Positions 24,752 to 37,232 of a DNA stretch of 64,000 bases are shown here, piece after piece. The stretch lies in contig JBNZDD010013725.1 in assembly GCA_050575255.1 (NCBI GenBank), positions 4,970,550 through 5,034,549 of the forward strand. Reading direction: 5' to 3'. The DNA is from Harriotta raleighana (Eukaryota). The notes under the pieces were generated by a model. The model saw only the letters and a program-made list of their open reading frames with translations, made no database searches and had not been told where the DNA came from. How positions within the stretch are numbered: the stretch's first letter is position 1; every line of letters begins with the position of its first letter. The position numbers were made by a program, and so were the translations under genes.

Positions 24752-24940
24752 TGTTTATTGCTTCAGGATTGTACTATATAAGCAGTGCCAAACAAAGGTA
24801 AGTTATAATAATTCTAGATCCTTATAACCTCTGCGAGCAGTGATTGTGTTTATTGCTTCAGCACTGTGCCATATAACCAGTGCTCAATAAAGGCAAGTTA
24901 TAACAATGCGAGATGCTAATAACCTCCGCAAGCACTGATC
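24752..24940. repeat. Diverged tandem duplication, two ~95-bp units
   Basis: tgtttattgcttcag...aaggtaagttataa..ataacctctgcgagcagtgat is repeated as tgtttattgcttcag...aaggcaagttataa..ataacctccgcaagcactgat. Confidence 0.85.
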
Positions 24941-25851
24941 AATGACTCCTAATACAAGCCAACAATGGACTGTTGCTACAGTTGTGTTTCAGCTGAATTG
25001 CTGGAATAAAGGCTACTGCTGCTTTACTCATGAATGCTGTGCTGTTAACCAAAGGACGTATTCTGATGACAGCAGAAGCACAGATGGCTGTCACCTCACA
25101 GTGGGGGGAAGGAAAGCACACGAGGGACAGGAACTTTTACAATCACTTTCAATCATCTTTGTCCCTTCTAATGGAATCATTCCAATGTTCTCAGGCATGG
25201 CAGGCTGAACACTGGGAAGCATCTGCAGAAATCATCCGTCGAGGCGCTTACCAGATTTTGACCCAAATGATCAGCAGAGCAAGGCTCAACTGTTTGTGAA
25301 GTTTAGGTATTCAATTAATCTAATTAAATCATGTAGCATCAGTTCCGTGTGAAGATTTCATCTGCATCTTTGGACTCAGACATGGCAACCAATTTGGGGG
25401 GTGGGTGACTGCACATTCGAAGGTAGATTCTGTAAGTTGCTCAAAATTCAGTGTTCAACGTTATAGTGCCGGGCCGAACGAAGTGAGTTCACATAGGACA
25501 TGAATGAAGTGGATAAAATATTAAACTGTGTAGATTTGATAAATTGAGACTGTGACTTCAAAGTGAACCAAGACAGTTGGACCGGAGGCTATAAAATGGA
25601 AATAATTCAAAAGCATATTTTACACAGAATAACATAAAATCATACGGCATGGAAACAGGACATTCAGCCCAAGTCGTCCCTGCCAGTATTCAATCACCAC
25701 ACAAGACCAACTATTCCACTCTCTTAAAACTGCTGAATTCCCTTTCTTCCTCATGTATGCAACCACTTTTCTCTTAGATACATTGATGATGATAAGACTA
25801 ATAATCCTTGCATTTGTTGTGATCATGTTGTTGAGACGTCTTAAGCGCTTC

Positions 25852-26068
25852 GCAAAACCATTATTGGGTGGGTGAAGGTCAGTTCTCTGTGGTTGGAGGC
25901 CCATTTTTCTCTGCAGGAACAAACTGCATGCAAATAACCATTGCACATTGTACCAGGCAGGGAGAGGTACAATGTGCAATGGTTATTTGCATGCAATTTT
26001 TGCCTGCAGAGAAAAATGGGCCCCCAACCACAGAGAACTGACCTTCACCCACCCAATAACGGTTTTGC
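25852..26068. repeat. Near-perfect foldback: 103-bp arms, 11-nt loop
   Basis: 25852-25954 is the reverse complement of 25966-26068 with about 5 mismatches (manual count); loop aggcagggaga. Confidence 0.97.
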
Positions 26069-29000
26069 ATTACATTCCTCAATGATCCATTTGCCTATTT
26101 AAATAACCAGTGATACATTTAACCCAAGGCATTGGATTGAACGGCATTTTGGCAGGAGGATTTAGCTGCAGGATTTAGCAACCGAGATTGTACAACTCTA
26201 AATATATAATTCTTAAGCAGGAGATTACAGATTCTGTTTTCCTCTGCGTTAATTTTCATCAAACGTTAATATAACCTGGACACACAAAGCTTGCATTGTG
26301 CACGGCACAGGGCGCTCGATGACCCAGCAGAGCAGAGAATTAAGTCAATTCTGTGGACGAGTAATTAGCAGGTCAACGAATTCAAATAGCAGCAACTGTA
26401 TTTGTACAGCTGCAGATCCTCTTAATGACAAACACAAGCAGATTTCTATCGCTACCCGCTTGCCTTTCTTTTCTTAAATTCTTTGCATGCAGTCTAAACT
26501 TTCCCATTTGACTTTGAATTTCTGAAGGCTTTTGTTGTGGGCTCCTCTGAACTTGAATAAAGAATATCAAGTGAGAAATCAGCTTTTGTTTCAAGAGGAG
26601 AGGACCATCCTCCTTGCGATATGGAGCCTTCCCATCATAAGGCAGCTAATGACATATTCCTTCATTGTATATTCTTTTACCTAAAGGAAAAACCTCTTGT
26701 GACTTGAACAACTTCAACAGACAGCTTTGCGAGACACGAGATGCAGTAAGTGTGATATTGGAGCTCCTAACATCCTTTAACATTTTCTTTGCGTGTTTGT
26801 GTAACAGAACGAAACGTGAGAGAAATGCAAACACTTCACTCGATGGAACAGGGTCTAATCTGCGATATTTGCAAACCTGATTTGATGTGTGAGTCATGAC
26901 TCCTGTTTTGAATTTAACCCGTAAGAATTGCAAAACAGAGAATGCTGAAAACGAATAAAATCCAGCAAAAAATAAAGGCTGTTTCTTCCCAGATAGGTTA
27001 TCTTTTTAGTTTTAGTATACTTTACATTTAATATAGTGTCTTTCACAGATCATAGTTTACACTGCAGTGAATGAGCATTTTATGAGTGAACCCAGCAGTC
27101 AGTTTGCACATTGTAAAGTTCCACAAACAGCCATAAAGTGAATTTCATGTGGGGGATTGTTGATCAGGACACAGGGAGGATCTCTAACATCAACATAGGA
27201 TTGAAAACATATTAAAAACCTAAAGTGAATGGAGATTCCTGATGGGAAACCTGGAAATTAAACAGCTTCCTAAGTTCATAATCTTCACAGTAAGAGATTT
27301 GAATCTCTTAATGATTAGAAATTTACATTGCGATGTACATTTATTTGTTTCGTCAAAATGTAGTGTTGGGTGGGGTGGAATTCATCACCACTATTTCCAC
27401 AAAAAACGACACCTATGTCACTAATCATGTTAAAAAGGACGAACGCAATCTTGCCTGTAAGGTCGCACTATTTTTTCTATTAAATGGCTTAAAATGAGTA
27501 AATGCCGATGCCTCTCTCTTTTCTCCAAGTGTTCTAATTATTTCTAAAAAAGCTTAAAGAAATTGCAATCATTTCTAAAATAAATCATCTACTGACTTGT
27601 GAACACCACTCCGAAATACAGTTTATATCCACTGACATTTTCACACAGTGATAATTGATAATAAATAAATGCAAATGCACTGCTCTAGGTGTTGTTGGCT
27701 TTCCTCCGACTCCAGTGCTTGGAAACTGTATAATTTATGATCAAAAAGAATAATATTTTTAAAGTAACATTATTAATTAACGTTCACTGACAGAAAACAC
27801 TGTAGCTGCACGTGCAATACATCAAATAACTTGTCATTTTGGGTTAAATGGTTTGAATGCAGCAGATGAAAGTTTTCAGGTTTGGCTTGGTGCAGTGAAA
27901 GCCCATGCATTGTTTGGTGTCTTAAATGGAACATTTCAATAAAGATAACTGGAGAGCACATTAACATTGCGGTAATGGAGCTCTGAAATCATTTGTGGTT
28001 AGCTTGTGGTCAGAAAATGATAGAAATGCAGAGCTAGGCGAGAGGAATAGAGTAAATAAAAATAACCTTATATGTGGTACACAGCAAAGCGCACTCAATC
28101 AGTCCTAGAACATCAACATCAACAAAATTACATTTGTATAGCGCCTTTCATGTCACGCGGACGTCCCAAGGCCCTGGAACGTACATGTACAAAACACCAG
28201 AGGTCCTGTGGGTCATTGTGCCTGCACTGGAACAAGCTCCCGTGCTTTAGCTACTTACAGTATGCTAATCCCAACCCCTGCTCTTTCTCCATTACCCTTC
28301 AATATTGTTCACCTACACATAAAACAGTCACTACATATTACAGTATATCCTATAGAGATGTATTGATAATGTGATAAGGCATTATATCCAATGCAAAGAT
28401 TATTATTACTATATATTCTATTGTTTTTCCTTGGTATTTATCAAAGGGGGAAAGATAATTTGGTTTAATGCAAACCCCCTGTGACTGCAGATGAAGAGTC
28501 ACACACCACATGTTAATCTCATACCCTGATTGACCCTGCGGACATCTTCTGTTTTTATTTCAGATCTTCAGCATTATCAGTGTTTTGTTTCATGTCCAGC
28601 GACTACACTGGGCTTGACTCAGCAACTGAAATAACCACAAAGAGAATAATTTAGCATCTGTTGTAAAAAAAAAGGTCCAGATTTGTGGCCCTTGACCTGT
28701 GATAACTGAGAGGAAATTGACATGTTGTTCTCATGAAATTTTTTCAGTGAGTCCTGAAATGGCTTGATTTTGGTGTCAGATAACATCAGTTAAAGGAGCA
28801 TTCTTCATTAAGAATTCTTGCCTGTTGAAAATAATAATACTCTAAAAAACAAGGATCCAACCCAAATTCAGGGGGCTCGTTCAGTTCATGGAAAATATCT
28901 GATTTGCAGACATAATATTTCACCCTGCTCATTTCCCATCGATTCTCTTCTCCTCAAGCTTTGCATTGCTGACTACCTGTCTGTAATTACAACTAAAGCA

Positions 29001-29084
29001 ACCTATTTCTAGCCTTTCCAAATGTCACTTTGAAGTAACTACTGGGAGATCTATAAAGTCTGACCAAAGTCTGAATCATCCTCC

Positions 29085-29200
29085 CAGCCTCTCATGCTCT
29101 TCTCTCTTAAGCAAGAGAGAGAAGTGTAAAACTTTGGTCTGACCACAGCCTCTCGTGCTCTTCTCTCTTGAGCAAGAGAGAGAAGTGTAAAACTTTCTGT
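29085..29200. repeat. Tandem duplication of ~60 bp at the 5' edge of a CR1 fragment (~29200-29400)
   Basis: cagcctctc(a/g)tgctcttctctctt(a/g)agcaagagagagaagtgtaaaacttt occurs twice; followed by ctggaatactgtgttcagtt..., a CR1 ORF2 motif. Confidence 0.8.
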
Positions 29201-29639
29201 AAAACTTTGGTTTGACAATATCTGGAATACTGTGTTCAGTTACGGTCAACATACTACAAGAAGGATATTGTGGCAGTGGAGGGAGTATAGATTTACCTAA
29301 ATGTTATCAGGGATGCAAGGATACAATCATCAGAAAAGACTGAATGGGTTAGGGACTTTTTCCCCCAAGAGATCAGGTGATTGAGAAGGGAATAGATAGA
29401 GGGTATGTTTATCATTGGAACACTAACCAAATATTGGAATGTTTCATGGAGGATTTTATACCATTCTTTAATTATACAGTATTATGAAAGACATATTTTC
29501 GCACCATAGCAATTAGCAGTAATGTTGACCATTCAATTGGTGGATCGCTTTTCTGGGGATAATAATTCCTTCATTAAAAAAAAGTAAAATCTCAATAATC
29601 TAGCATGGTTGGGCCCACACACATTATGTGTATGGTCAC

Positions 29640-29860
29640 TTCCTCAGTCTCAGTCTCACTGTCACTCTCTCCCTCAGTCTCTCTCTCTGTCTTTCTCTCT
29701 CCCAGACTCTCTCCCCCAGTCTCTCTGAGGTCTCTCCCAGTTGCCCCTCTCTCTCAGTCTCTGCCTCTCTGTATGGCTGTCCATCTCTCTCTCCCCAGTC
29801 TGTCTAACTAGCTCACTCAGTCTTTACCTCTGTCTCTCAGCCGCTTTCAATCTCTCTCTA
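29640..29860. repeat. CT-rich low-complexity / degenerate (cagtctct)n repeat
   Basis: Visible compositional repeat. Confidence 0.85.
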
Positions 29861-30924
29861 TAAATCTTTACGATATTCTCACAAGATGCTACAGCATCCT
29901 GTGACCCCAGAAGAGGATCTATACCCAGCGGGAGTCTTGTACAAGTTATAAGCCGCTATATCAAATGCAAGGATTATTATTATTCAACCCATGTCGTTGC
30001 TGGTTACATTAAACTAATTCCCTGCTGTTTCCCCAGACCTTTTTTACACTGTTGCTGTGTGTTACTTTCATAGAGCACAGCGATGTCAATAGGGGTAAAT
30101 CTTACCGGCTGTCAGCACATGGACGGGATAACATGATGGAGAAAGTACTATGACGAAAATAGCACACTGCCTGTGTATCCCCTTTCCCCCAGACTCACAC
30201 ATTAGGATTTGTAAATACTTTGTGCCCTCTTTGAACATGTTTTAATTCACACTTTGCAGAAGGGACACATCTATCTAAATTCTAAATTGGTCTCAGAGCC
30301 TGTTAAATGAGGAATATTGAGAAATACTCTATTTCTTCCTCTTCTGTGTATTTTTAGAAGAGGAAGGAAGGAAGCGAAGATAAGACGAGGAAACCTATCC
30401 GAGGGCTGCCAGTATCAACTGAAGGGCTGCTATTGATTTTAGCTGCTGTACTGTTTGGAGCCTATTTAAGTACAGATCAATAGGGGAAATCTGTTTATAA
30501 TAATTAAGAGAAGAGATTACTATTTCCTTCTAATGCAATGTCATAACAATGGGGATAGTTACTTCAAAGACCAGAAACAATCAGCTCGTCACTAGTCTGC
30601 ACAATTGCGAGCCAAATCTGGCAGTGAGAAAACTCAGACAACAACTGGCTAGCCAGCTGTTCTGGGAAGCGCAATTTATGACTGGAGTGAATGTACATGC
30701 AGCAGAGGTGATGCAGCTAGGTGACAGCAGGATTGTAAAGGGCAAGGGGAACAGTGATGTGTATTTTGTTCACTGTACTGGTGGCTTCTCAGCTACTCAA
30801 GTCTTCATTTGTGGCAGAGGTCAGGTATTCTCAGGTGACAGCGATGTGAATGAATCAACAGATACAACTTTATACTTGTTTATGAGCATGCACACATACA
30901 AACGGTGAAACACACACAGTGATG

Positions 30925-31470
30925 CAACAACAAAATTACACTTGTAGAGTGCCTTTCATGTCAGGAGGATGTGTACCAAGGCGATGGACAGTCATTGTTT
31001 CAGACCCGAGCTGGAGTCAGGGGCAGAGGGAAAGGGGGTATTTGGGGTGACCAATGGGAACGTTGAAGAGGAGGACCTGAAGGCGGGAATTGAAGAAGGC
31101 TGGGGAGGGGGCAAGGTGGAGGGACTGCGGGATGGAGTTCCAGAGGTTAGGGACAGAGTGGTTGATGGCTTGCCTGGCAATGGTGGGGCGGGGGAAATGA
31201 AACAGGCCAGAGGCTGCTGAGCGGAGGGACAGGCAGGTCAATTGGGGGTTAGGAGGTTGCAGAGGTAGGGTGGGACAAGGCCGTGGAGGGCTTTGAATGT
31301 GAGGACCAGGATCCTGAATTGGATACTCTGGGTGACGGGGAGCCAGTGGAGTCGGGTGAGGGTGGGGTCACGAATCTTGGGAGCGATAGAGGACATGGGT
31401 CTCAGAGTTCTGGATTATCTGCAACCTGTGGAGGGAGTAATTGGGAAGGCCGACAAGCAGGGCATTTGCG
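30925..31470 (-). mobile_element. L2 LINE 3' fragment
   Basis: caacaacaaaattacacttgtagagtgcc tail; body aligns with 4565-5100. Confidence 0.85.
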
Positions 31471-31699
31471 TAATGAAGGCATAAATGAACCACACATACA
31501 CGCATACATAATGTTGTTTCGCTTAAAGTCACACTTTTCGCGAACACAACTGCAACATTAATCGAAGACCAAGTGTGTTTTAAACACAGCTATATATTTA
31601 GAAAATATATACCTACTGTTTTAACCCGGGATATCTCACTAAATGCATCTCTCAATAGCACCAACCACTCCTCCGCAATTCTTGCAAAAATGTGTCAAA

Positions 31700-32040
31700 T
31701 ATCCTGCAATTTTTGCAAATATTTCTCCACTTTTCCATTTCCATCAGCTCAGTTGTACTACTTAACAAGCTTTCTTCATCTGATGTTTGCTATCTCATCT
31801 GTTACTGCCGTTCCCTCCAATTTGGTGTCATCTGCAAATGTAACTACCTTGCTCCGGGTCTGCAAATTCAAATTATTAATGTTTACAAGGAATACGTGAC
31901 ACAACCCATAATACACATAATACACAACCCTGAATCATCCATTTAAAATACGCCCCATTTCGCCCTAACCCCCCAAATGATCAGACTCTTGCTTCATACC
32001 CTGCAGCTAACTTTACACAAGGCCAGTTTAATTCTTTTCC
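31700..32040 (-). mobile_element. Degraded CR1 RT fragment
   Basis: Minus strand atttgcagatgacaccaaattggaggg encodes FADDTKL. Confidence 0.6.
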
Positions 32041-35000
32041 CCTCTTCCTTCCTTTGGGTCAGCGGTAAAAGACACTCTAATGTGGAATCGAGCCAATGTC
32101 CTAACTTGGCTCCCTGACCTCTGCTGAATTATCACATCTCAGTCAAGGTGCCCATTGGAGCTGGAACTCAAGAGGGGAAAATTCAGATCACTTCCAAATG
32201 CCCACCCACTTGTTGGAAAATGCAGATGGGTGGATTTTGGGTCAAAGGTCCAATCAAGATCAGACACAGCGACAATTCCCTCAGGGTGAATTAGGCTCAC
32301 TTTCTGAATTAGATAAATTGGTAAGAAACCTCGTGTTTGGACTTTGAACTCATAATCCTAGGCCGACACTTCAATGCATTGCTGGAAGTGTCATCCTTCG
32401 GATGAGATGTTAAACTCGTCAAACTGTTACCCTATTCTGTTGTGTGTTAAAGATTACATGGCACCGTTCGATAAGAAAAGGGAGTTTCTCCCAGTGCCTT
32501 AAACCTAGATAATTATTCACATTGTGGCTGTTTATGGGATATTGCTGTGCACACTACACTTTACAGTATATCCCATGAAGTGCTTTGAGATGCCTTCTTA
32601 ATGTGAAAGACATTACATCAAATGCAAAGGTTATTATTTTCGGCTCAAACATGAAAATGAGTCACTACTTGGGAATGTATGAAAGGGTAAGTGGAACTCA
32701 TGGACCCACATCCAGAAAACAGACCGCTCCTTCAGAAGTGAGGAGCAAAAAATTAAAGGCAGAAAACTCACTATTTTGTTTTGATTTTTTTCTGTCTTTC
32801 TAAATGTCATTTCTGTTTTAAGCTTCAATTCAAGGGGTTAAAGTTGCTGAGAACTAAATCCCTGATTTCATCCTGAATAAATTTTCAAAGTAATTTAGAA
32901 GCTTTCAAACATGCATTTTAAATGTGATCACTTCACATCCAGAAAGGTATAGTCACAGAAAGGCAAGGAGCTGATTTAATGCTCACCCAAGGATGAAGTT
33001 ATGGGGTAAAAATTGGGAACAGATTTGAGGCAGAGAAAGACCTCAATTCCCAGTTGATTTCTAAAGACTGAACACGTCAACCCTTCCTCCAGCTCCCCCA
33101 CCTCTCAATTTGGCAAAAAAAATGTCAGCAGTGTCACTGCTCTCACCACCTGCACAGTGTGTGTTGCTTTCAGTGCTGCTTTAACATTTATGCAGAACGT
33201 TTCACATCGGGAGGATATCTCAAAGCATTTCACACAGCTGCATGGAGCCCGAGCTGGAGGTGCGGAGGTTGAGGAGGGTGGGGGAAGGGGGGAATGGAAA
33301 GGTGATTGAGAGTGCAGCTGAAAAGGTAAGTCTTAAGTTAAGGTTCTGCAGGCTTAACTTAATTGCTGTTATTCAACTCGGTAAACCACATAAGGAGAAT
33401 AGCCTTATAAATATGAAGAATTTCAGCCTAACTCAGTTGGTCACACTCTTGCCTCTGGGTAAGAGGGTTGGTGGTTCACTCCCAGGCATGGTACTCAGAT
33501 TAAGACTCTAGGCTCATGGTAAGGCACTATATCAAATGCAAGGATTATTATTATTGGTAAAAGAAGGGAATATGTAGTGATGTACTGACCAACAATTCCC
33601 CAGGTAAAAATTGATCATTCACTTCATGTGCGGCTTTGCTGTGTGTAAAGTCTATTAGTCTAGCCATTCAGTCTACAAATACAAAGTCACTACACTTTAG
33701 TAATTACCTTTGAAGCACTTTGAGATGTTTAGACATTAAAGGTTTCACATCAAGCATTAGGGTTATTAAGAGACCGTGAGGCAAATTATTCTATGAAGTT
33801 CTTTATGAGCTGCGCTATTTTGTTGTATAATAATGTTCATGGCAATTAAAAGATTCTTCATTGAATAACATTTCTCCTCATCAAACTTTAATCGCATGTA
33901 AATGTTTGACTAATTCTATTATAGCACAGTAAATGTTTACAATGTGAAGGCTGACTGGATGTTCTCATGACAGTGAATTAAAGACACATGCTAACAAGTG
34001 GAGGAACACGCTGACTCAGTTAGCGTCCATTTCTTCGATGAAGAAATCTAAGAACCACACTTAAAACGTCACATGGCAAAAACAAAGCTGACGGATTTCA
34101 GAGTGACAAACAAGATTAGATAGGTTTAGAATACTGGTTTATCAAAGCCACCTAAAACACTGGCATATTCAATACACACCAAAGCAGTCATGTGGAGAAG
34201 TTAACAGTATATCCCATTTCATCTAAATAAGATTGAAAATGTGATCAAGGATTTCCTTTGCAGACCTGAGTAAAACATAACACTGTGATACTTACCATAA
34301 TCACTCAAAATGTAATTACACTATTAAATTGCGACGATAATACACCTATATTGTGTTTGTATCAGGTTTACAACGCTAAATGCTTTCCAACCTACCAAGG
34401 CTTTAGTTAAAACGATGAAGCACAAAGATTCAATTTATTAACTACTGTAGTTTGCTGATTCTCAACGGTTCCTTTTTGTTAATGTGAATGGCTTGGGTGA
34501 ACAGCATCCACAATAAAAGAAAATAATGAGACTCTGAGGGAGACAAGGCTTAAAAAAGAGAACAGCTACAATGTTTAATACTATTCAGTCCAATGAACGG
34601 CATTTTGCTCCGGCGTAAGAACAATGCTGTTCATCACAGGAAGACACTGTCAGAAGTGCTTCATCTACAGAACGCATGGAAGAGATAACAACAACAAATT
34701 ACATTTATGTAACTCTTTTATGTCGGAAGGACATCCCAAGGCACTGATATAGATTGATATAAAGATAGAGGCTTAATAATTACTAACTACAGCCAGCAAA
34801 TTTTAAGCAACTCTGAAGCAGCTCCTGCCTGGCCCCTTTCATTTATTGGTTCTTTAAAATCTCAATATTAGATCTTCCAGTCTCTTAAAATATGTGTACA
34901 GGGTTGCCACTTAAACAGCTTGTTTGAAATAGGTTAGAGTGTATTGTTGGGAGTTATAATCCGCACATCACTCCTCTGCTGCCACTGCTACTGGTATAAA

Positions 35001-35991
35001 TGAGTATGACTGTCACATATAATTGGGAGGGAAGCCTAGTCCAGGTTCAAGAATCTCTATGGGAACCATCAATACTGTTCCTCAGTGTCTGAAAACGAGC
35101 GCACCTCAGCGATATGGGTCAATTGCTCTGCCAATCATGACAACCTTTCCCCTCCCTCCAAATGGAAAGTCAAAGCAAATTTATAACCCTGTGGCATTTC
35201 AGAAATATTAAATCACACATTTCTATTCAAATTTAAACCTTTATTTGTCAACGAGAAGAGACAGCCATTGGGAGTTAAATTCTGAACTAGGAACTGCTAC
35301 CCCTTCCCAATTTGGATTTGAAGAAACATAGTTATTATCTTTTGTATAAACGACCTCATTTCAAACCATTTTTTTTTTGCGTCATGGAAACCTACAAGCT
35401 TTTGGCTCTCCCGATTCACTTCTTAAGCTTCTGGCGATGTCAGTAATGGGAAATGTCAGTAATGGGAAATGTCCAAGTGTAACCTAGACTGGCTCAGTTT
35501 AGTTGCAGCTTTGGGTGTTTCATCCAACCCTGAGGCACTTCAACCTGAACACTTGAGTTTGTAGCAGTACTCACTCAGTCAGCAGCTGAAGTCAGAAGCA
35601 TCAATACATTTAAGAGAAAACAGCTTGACGCACATTCACATTCAAAAACACAGTAACTCTGACTTCACAAAAAATTCTGTGAAGCATTTTGGACTGTCCT
35701 CTGGGCATATAAAGCGCTATAATAAATACAAACATTATTATTTTATGATTACATGAGGGAAAGGGGAATAGTGTGGTGTGAAAGGAGGCTGAAAGAGGGA
35801 GGAGATAAGCATAGTTGGAGGCTCATAAGTGGTCTAAACACCAGTACTTTGGTCGAATAGCCTGTGTCTTGATTATACATTCCATGCAGTTGACTGTTCC
35901 ATTTGAGATTAGAAAATGAGTGCTGATTCCCCGATGGACATCAATGTACAGCTTTTCGTGCACACATAAACACACTCAACCACATGCTCGC

Positions 35992-36338
35992 AACACCAAA
36001 TTGCATTGAAACAGCACCTTTCTTATTGGGAGGATGTCCTAAGGTGCTGGACAGTCGATGGTTTGCATTCCTGCTGGGGGTTGGATTTGTGAGGAGCGGA
36101 AGCCAAAGGGGTGGGAGTGAAAAGATGACTAAAGGCAGGACTTAAGAGGGAGGGAAGGGACTGGGCAAGGTGAAGGGACTCCGGAAATTCCAGAGTGCAG
36201 GGGCTGAATGACTAAAGACCTGAGCCTTGATTGTGGGGCGGGCGGAGTGGAGGATGCGAAGCAGGACCTGCTTGGCAAGCAAAGTGAGTGGGCAGGTGAT
36301 AGGGTTTTAGGAAGTCATGGAGAAAGGCTGGAGCAATC
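35992..36338 (-). mobile_element. Older L2 3' fragment
   Basis: Diverged L2 tail and body similar to 30925-31470. Confidence 0.7.
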
Positions 36339-36786
36339 ATTATAGTTTTTTGGCATCATTATGACTCAAGCTGAGATGGAACAAGCAGATGAATTAAATG
36401 TCAGTGTTAGTCTAAAGCATATTTTGGATAGACAGAAAAACTACTGTGCAAATCCCAGTTAACTTAATTACATTCTACTGGATAAGCCTTTGCGGTTGCA
36501 TATCAGATCAACCATCGTGAACTCAAGAGACTCTGAGAGTAGTTGGAGACTAGAAAGGTATGAATAAACCTGGCAATTTTTCATGCCTGTGTAACTAGAG
36601 GTTGACTCACGAAAAATCACTGGGATAAAGTTTGAGACTTTACGCTATAATGTCTCTGTGCTCAGCTCTGTGAGCTTTTGAACTGAAAATTCTTTTTCAA
36701 ATACTCGTCCTGGTTCATTTCGCATTTTTATGATATGAATCAACAGCATCTGACCTCAACTTGGCTCCAATCAAATACAGTAACAT

Positions 36787-37232
36787 ATTGTGTAGCTCAG
36801 TGGTTAGAGCACTCGCCTCATAAGTGAAAGACCTGGGTTTGATTCCTGGCAGGGCAAAACCTTGGATGGCAAGTTTCCTTACTCCACACGCCTGAGAATA
36901 ATTCCTCAAGAAAAAGAACAAACAATAATAATTTTGTCAATTTAATTCACGACTTTATGTGGGACACTGCTGTGCACAATTGGTTGCCGCATTTCACCTA
37001 CAATATTTGGGGAGGAAGAGTTTGCACAGTTATGGGGAGAGAGCTGGGAAGTGGGATTGAATTGCTCTTTTCAAAGAGCCGGTACAGACTCGATGGGCCC
37101 AATGGCCTCCTTTTGTGCCGTAAGATTCTATGAATAAATACAGTCATTTCACTTTACAATATATTCTGTAAAAGCGCTTTGAGACATCCAGAAGATGTGA
37201 AAAGCGCTATAATAAAAGCAAGGATTATTATC
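36787..37232 (+). mobile_element. tRNA-derived SINE interrupted by a ~130-bp CR1 3' end (~37004-37134)
   Basis: SINE body breaks at catttcacctacaata and resumes at aatacagtcatttc; the insert resembles the end of the CR1 at 57980-58120 and the copy at 45716-45870. Confidence 0.85.
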
